From Lama guanicoe (lineage: Eukaryota): a stretch of DNA of 64,000 nucleotides. Shown here one piece after another: positions 57,901-64,000 of this stretch (positions are counted from its first letter, which is position 1; every line of letters begins with the position of its first letter). The stretch is from the NCBI GenBank assembly GCA_013239625.1, contig MU054338.1, positions 2,296,977-2,360,976 on the forward strand. Direction: 5' to 3'. The position numbers and the translations under genes were made by a program. The notes below the pieces were generated by a model that ran no database searches, had not been told where the DNA came from, and saw only the letters and a list, made by a program, of their open reading frames with translations.

Positions 57901-60900
57901 TGAGAACCGGGGATCCAGCGCCCCCATCCCAGGCCCCAGAATCAGCAGCAGAATCAGCAGCTGCCAGCATTTACCGAGCACTCTGGGGCCGCACTCCCTG
58001 TCTCAGCCCTCCTGGCCACGGCTGCCTCTCTCAGACATGGAAGCCAAGGGCCTGGGACAGCGTGGCGCTCAGCACCAAGGGCCTGGCTCCAATCCAGGCT
58101 GTGTGGCCTGGGGAATGTGGCTCAGGTCTCTGGGCCCCGGCACCCTCATCTGCAACAACGCGGTCAAGGGAGGTGGGTAAACCTGTGACACCTTCTGCAC
58201 CAGCCTGGCCCCATCAGCACCCGTTACCACCTCTCCCCTCGCCTCCTGTGACCTCTGCCGCCAGGATGGCGAGCACAGCTCCTGGCACACAGCAGGTGCT
58301 CAGTCTGCCTAACATGCAGCCAACCAGGTCCCAGAGGCCAGCAAACTCCCGAGACCACAGTGGGAATGGCACCCTGAAAAGGTTCCAGGGAGGGCAGTGC
58401 TGGTGAAGGTTAACAACCGGTTCTCCGGGGACAAATGCCAGGTTTGTGGTGTGTGCCGATTTCCATGACGTAAACACTCTCACCAGTCAATTCCAAGCTA
58501 CAGCCAGATGCCCAGAAAGTGGAGCTGAGTTGGCTGCGAGAGTGAGCTGCAGGCAACCAGGTCTGGCCCAGTAGGCAGAGTGGCCCCACCAAGTGCCAGG
58601 TACTGGGCCTGCCTCTCCCTGCTGCCTCCGCAGAGCCACCCATAGTGCAGCTGCCTAGAGAGAGGGGCACACACCAAGACCGTTCCCACACACACAGACG
58701 CTCACTGAGCACCTGCTGTGTGCCAGACCCCTGGCTGGATGCTGGGGACACAGAGTGACCAGGGCCCACAAGCACCCTGCCTTCTGGGGGAGGACGGGGG
58801 TCAGGGGAATAGACAGCAGACAGGTATGCGGGGAGGAAGACTCCTTCAGGCCCCATGTGGGATCCGGCCTGGGGGGGACCAGGACCTGAGACTCTGAAGG
58901 CCCAGCCCGCACACGGGATCTCTGAAGCCACCATGGGCGGGGCCACCAGGCTCACCTTGGCCTCCCCGACCACGCCCAGGTTGGCTGATGACCAGCCTCC
59001 TTGGTGCTGGCAAGGCCATGTTTCCTAGGCAGCAGCACTTCCCAGTGAGCCCCAGTGCTGGGCCCAGCCCTCCTGTCGCACGTGAACATCCCTCCCCCTC
59101 CCAGTTCTGCAGCTGGGGAAGTTGAGGTGTGGTGGGGGTGTCACCTGCTCCAGGTCACGCAAGTCGGATAAGGCAGAGCCAGGACTGTAGCTCAGCGGGC
59201 TACATCCCAGAGGGGCGGCCACCCCAACAGCCCTGCTCTCTGGACCACATCCCTGCCCCAGGCCCAGGGCTGACCCAGCGGCTGGACAGTGCTCTGGGTT
59301 TTCCCTGCCCTTGACCGTTCCGCCCTCCTCTCTCCACGCCCCCACCCAAAGGGCCCAGGCGACTCACAGGAGTTCTTCCTGAAGACAGTGTTGCTCATGA
59401 ACTTGAAGAAGCGCTCAGCGTAGAAGCTGGGCCGGTGCACGGAGACCGTGTCCTGGGAAGAGAAGTGGGGGCCGGAGGTGGGCGGCGGTGAGCGCTGTGG
59501 CCCCATGGGGAGTGTTGGGGGCGGGGGGCGTGGACCCGAGGATCAGGTAGCAGGGACAGGGAGGCAGGGGGGTGGTTTCATGACAACCCCATCTGTATTC
59601 CTAATGTTCTGAACTACATGAATGAAACGGCCATTCAAAGAGGAAGAAGAGCAAGCACCAAGCCAGGAAGGCGGGGGGGCCTCCAAAGCGGGGCTCGGCA
59701 GTGAGCCCGAGCCTGCTCTGTGAGCAGCGCTGCTGGCGCCGGCATGCCCGGCCCTGCGCAGAGGGAGGCAGCGGTCCTGCGTGGTGGTCCTCAGAGTCTT
59801 TCACATTTTGAAAGAACTCACTGTAAGTGCTTCCGAGTTGGCGGTGTACTCACGAAAACACGCATTTCAAGCTGTTTCCAAACTGAGACGGCCTGTCTAA
59901 GTGGATCCCACCCCTAAGTGGCAGCACAGGTCAGAGCTGGGGCCCAAGACCCCCTCCACATCACATTTCCAGAATGTTCTTTGCCTGGCTGGCCCCTGAT
60001 TTTCCCAGTCAGTCGTCCCCGGGGGTCCTTCCAGCTCGGCCTGGGGCACCTGCTGCAGGAAGCCTTCCTGCACCCTCCTCGTGGACGGCTCGGGCCCCTC
60101 GCTGAGCCACCTGTGCTTCGTCGTCTCAGCCCCGACCCCCCGGCCTGTGACTGCCCGGTCACAGGGCACCCCCGCTGGACAGCGGCCCCCGCGAGCCTGG
60201 CCCAGCAGGACGGTCAGTGTGAGTGTGAACGAAACCAAAGGATGGATGCATGAAGGGCGCTCACCCCGTCGTGGACAAGGGCCTTCCAGGTGTGCTCCAG
60301 CTTCTTGATGAACCTGCAGAGGAGACACAGGCGGGACGTCAGCCACACCCTCGGGTCCTGTGCTGCTCTCCCGGGCAAGCCAGTCCCAGGGGACACTGGA
60401 TAGTGTCTGGGGATGTTTGTGGTCATCACAACTGGGAGTGTTCCTGGCATCGAGGGGACAGAAAAGCCTTGGTCTAGAGGAACTAGGCCACCTGCTGCCT
60501 CAGCCAGAGGCCACTCCTCTCTTTCCTAATCCCACGGCCCCTGCTCTGCCTGCTGACAGCTCCCACCAAGGGTGCTCTGGGGGAGGACATGGAGAGGCTG
60601 TTATGCGAGGCCCTCTGTGGGGGATGGTGGGCCAGCGCCCCTGGAGCTCCCCCTTTTCTCTTCCCATGGCTGAGCCTGGCTCCTTTCTGCTGGAGTCAGC
60701 GCCCTGCACCACGGCCCCCAGCCTGGCTTCTGCACCACACCTGGGCTGGGAGGAGCCTGCCTCCTCCAGGCAGCCTTCCTGGATGCCTCCAGTCTGTATC
60801 GAGGAAGGATCCCCTCCTTGGGACACAGCCCCTTACAACACGCTGCCCGGGAATGAGCTCCCAGCTACCTGCCATGTGCTGTCCTGCTCCCCGGGCCCCA

Positions 60901-62046
60901 CCCCACCCCTGAGGCCTCTGTGGAACCCTGGCCTGCTACATGGAAAGCTGCCTGCTCCTGATCCAAACAGCAAGGGAGATGCCCACAGGAGATGAGGTCA
61001 GCCCTCAGGCGGGGAAAACAGGCTGAGAATGACGGCAGTCAGGAGGGCAGGAGAGACAGGCAAAGAAGTCACCCCACCACTGAGTGGAGTTTCTGACGTG
61101 GGGTGGGATGTGGACAGGATGGGGAACCGCCATGGCCACAACCTGCCTGTTGTGTGTGGACCGCATGTAAGGGACGCAAGTTCCTCCTACAATTAAAAAA
61201 CTAACAGTGATTAAGAGATGCCTGTTGCCAGAAACTCACAAGCATGAGGCACGGATAACAGGGCTGCCCGTCACCCAAGGGTGTCTGTTTCTTCGGGCTG
61301 TGCCTCGGTCCTGTCCACATTCGAGATCACGGGGTATGAGGCACTGGCTGCTAGCATTTACTTCTGCACGTTGGTTGAGGGAACCCTCCAGAGATACTGT
61401 GCTTCCCGGCCACAGGGCGTTTCTGCCTTGCTGTTTAGCGCGGCACTTGGCACACAGCAGGCGCTCAATAGACAATCGGCTGGCAACACCCCACCCACCA
61501 CCCTACCTCATGCCCTGACCCGGCTCTCACCAGGGCGTGGGGAGACGGGGCCGGGGGGCAGTCACCCACCTGTAGGACTGCAGGATGTCGATAATGCCGA
61601 TGTGCAGCAGCAGCCGCTCCCCTCGGCCATTCACAGCAGGGATCCCCCCCATCCTGGGGAAAGGGGTAAGAGCCGTCAGCACCCCCAGGGCTGGCCCAGG
61701 GTTGGTATCACTCTGATCCTGGGGCCGCCTGCCTGATCTGGGACTTGGAGGGGACAGGGACAGGGATGGAGGGAGGAGCAGGCAGGACTGATGGGGCCTG
61801 GGGCCGGAGGGTCCACAGGCTCCCTGTATGGCAGCCTGGCTGCGGACCCTCAGAGGGGTACCCAGCACCCAGGAACCCCATCTTGGTGCGGGATGGAGCA
61901 GCCTCCTGGTAAGCTCACAGATTCAAAGCTGGAGGCTGGAGGCTGCCAGGGGGTCCTAGCCATGAGACTTAAGGTGCACACACACCCACACGTGCATACG
62001 TGCAACTCACACACGTGCTGGCACACACATGCACACATGTACACAT

Positions 62047-62086
<40 letters not shown>

Positions 62087-64000
62087 GCAGGGCCATGGCT
62101 TCCGGATGCAGCCTGGAGAGTTAAAGGCCTCACGCAGCCCAAGCTGAGTCAACCCAGCAGTTAGTGAAGTCGCACGACGCAGCGGCTGTCCTGAAGTCAC
62201 CATGGCCACAGACCCGCCAGCCCAGGCACCCCCAGCCACGCTCTGCCAGCCACACTCCACGCCCGAGCTCACCTGCTATCCCTGCCATCCCGCCGGGCCC
62301 TGTACCGACCCTACAAATGCCAGACGGCTGAGCTCGGGCCAGCTCATGTGTCCCCCCGCCTCACCCAGCCAGGGCCCTGTGGTTGGTGGCCCAGTGTGGC
62401 AGCTGGGCTGGTGCCAGGCCCTGGCCCCTGCTGTGCACCCTGAAGGCCACCCCCACCTCTGAGCCTGCTTTTCCCAGTTGAAGATGGGGGGACATCACCC
62501 TCCCCCGCCAGGTTCCCCGCGAGGCCTGACCAGGATACGGAAGTGGAGGGCCCAGCCGGTCCCCAGTGTGCTCATCTTTTTTTTCCTTATAAGGGGACAA
62601 CCTTGACACCTGCCTACAGCAGCAGTATCCACCTGGGGCAACCCTGCCGCCAGGGGACACTATGTCTGGGGACATCTGTGGTCATCACGAAGGGGGGACT
62701 CCTGGCATCCAGAGGGCGGGGCTAGGGATGCCACCCTACACCCCACGGCGCCCAGGATGCCCCACAGAGAACGACCAGGCCCTGAACGTGAGCGTGGGGG
62801 TGGGCAGAACCCCTGAGGAGGTCTCTGTGACAGAACCCCGAGCCCGCAGGGCAGGACCAGGTCAGCTGGGCGTGTGGGGTGGGGAGACATGCCCCTCCCG
62901 GAACTCTAGGGCCTGCTCGCCCCTCCAGCCTCCTGTCATCGGTGTGGAAGGAGCACTGCCAGCCCGGCCCCTTGGGATCCTGGGTCGGGTGTCTTGCTAT
63001 AAAAGGGCTCCCTCCCCGCTGGCTGTGCCCCCTTCTCCTGGCCGTGCCTCCACACCCTTCCAGTACGGCTTCCTACCGTGGGGCTTGAACCCAAGCCGCA
63101 GGCCCCACAGGAGGGAGGGGGGTCTGTTTTCCATAGGGGCCGATGACCTCAGTCTACTGACTGATTAACCTGGACGCCGTGGTCAGAACACCTGGCCCCG
63201 CTGAGCGTCCACTGGCCGACCCTCACGGGCTCGAGGTGGGGTGGGGATGCTGCCGTCTGGTATACAAACCAGGAACCGGTCAGCCGGGCTTCTGGACTCG
63301 TCCCTCTGTCACCGTCCTTGCCAATGCCCCCTGCCACTTCACGCCTCAAGGGGGTGAGGGCAGAGGTGATGGAGTGGGAAGCCCTCCAACCCCGCCGGCC
63401 CTGCCACCTACGTGTCGTCGGTCTCAATGGCCTCCCCGCGCGCGGCCCCGCCCTGGATGGACTCCATGGCCGTGGAGTAGAGCGCCTTCTGGCCCAGCGG
63501 CCGCTTCTCGTCGGCGGTGCTCTGCGCGCCCTCAGCCTGCCGCTCCCGCTCCTGCTGGTCGATGTTGTGCACACCCAGGAGCAGGCTGTAGTCCATGATC
63601 TTGAAGCTCTCCAGCACCTGCGGGGCGGGGGGTCAGGGGCCAAGCCTTCTCCACCCCACCCAGGCCTGCCTGTGCTTCCTCCACCCTAACGGGCTGTGAA
63701 GAGCCTGGAGGGCCTTCTTTTTCCCTACAAAGCGGCCGCCCGTGGGGAAGGCCAGCGCGGGGGCCCGCATGCACGGGCCAGGACCTGACATGCACTTTAA
63801 GCGAAGGGCCCTGAAACACGGGCTGCTTCGGAGGAACAGGAGCGCAGCCTGCGGCCCTCGGCTCGCGACGCGCCGGCTTTCACCAGCGCCCCGTCCCACA
63901 GGCGCAGAGGCCGGGGCTGCTCACCAGGCAGTCGCGCTGCAGCGTCTTGACGAGCGCGGAGAAGGTGTCGGCGTCGAGCAGCAGCCCCTCGGGCACGTCC
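48959..64000 (-). CDS. PIP5K1C: Phosphatidylinositol-4-phosphate 5-kinase type-1 gamma, 3' part (5' exons outside the window)
   Basis: Exons >64000-63925, 63617-63412 (KIMDYSLL), 61653-61570 (IIDILQSY), 60313-60265, 59452-59368 (YAERF), 57642-57481, 56680-56542, 55441-55337, 53286-53163 (TDIYF), 49333-49250 (WVYSPLHY talin/AP-2 tail), then last exon opening with TAA at 48961-48959. Confidence 0.96.
51525..51767 (-). CDS. PIP5K1C: PIP5K1C alternative exon: 26-aa cassette (51767-51690, i3-like) or read-through terminal exon (i5-like)
   Basis: Acceptor gcccag|[29 protein letters not shown]; donor ACT|GTAAGT; read-through VSDRGRPP... to stop at 51525. Confidence 0.85.
   Translation of the reverse strand, partial: FTDGRYWIYSPRHRRLRAVTLSSSGTVSDRGRPPGSPAPAPRPGSREPQVLACPPPPRRVLWLSLAALAHIGCRAAGLPW
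54495..54680. mobile_element. MER20 DNA transposon
   Basis: 'ggcactgctgacatc...gatgccagg...gtcatgaccaccaggtgtccccagacgctgcc...ggttggaagccact'. Confidence 0.6.
56810..57090. mobile_element. L2 LINE fragment
   Basis: 'ctcattctgctccagctacacaggcctcctggctgttcctccaacatgc...cagggcctttgcaca'. Confidence 0.65.
61977..62083. repeat. (CA)n microsatellite with degenerate flank
   Basis: Perfect CA run ~62049-62083 preceded by interrupted CA/TG repeats. Confidence 0.9.
62600..62830. mobile_element. MER20 DNA transposon
   Basis: 'ccaggggacactatgtctggggacatctgtggtcatcac...ctcctggcatccagaggg...ctagggatgc...cccacagagaacgacc'. Confidence 0.65.

Overview
GC-rich mammalian genomic DNA syntenic with human 19p13.3. 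tRNA-Ala-derived SINEs and a cetartiodactyl-type L1 3' end point to a camelid. It holds four complete spliced genes, HMG20B (+), GIPC3 (+), TBXA2R (-) and CACTIN (-), plus the 3' two-thirds of PIP5K1C (-), among L1, L2, MIR, MLT1, MER20, MER58 and SINE repeats. Exon boundaries were read by hand (GT/AG, phases sum correctly). Main finding: the 2.8 kb GIPC3 '3' UTR' is an uninterrupted ~890-codon reading frame built from a diverged 18-bp (PSSRTQ) repeat. A second consensus splice donor 13 nt downstream of the exon 5 donor shifts translation exactly into this frame, predicting a ~1126-aa GIPC3 isoform that swaps most of the myosin-VI-binding GH2 domain for a long S/T/Q/P-rich tail. Also noted: a 32-codon in-frame deletion in GIPC3 exon 1, an old inverted duplication in TBXA2R intron 2 split by nested L1/SINE insertions, apparent loss of a PIP5K1C micro-exon, and paralogous PIP5K1C tail exons. 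Comparisons with human proteins and repeat consensuses are from memory and need alignment checks.
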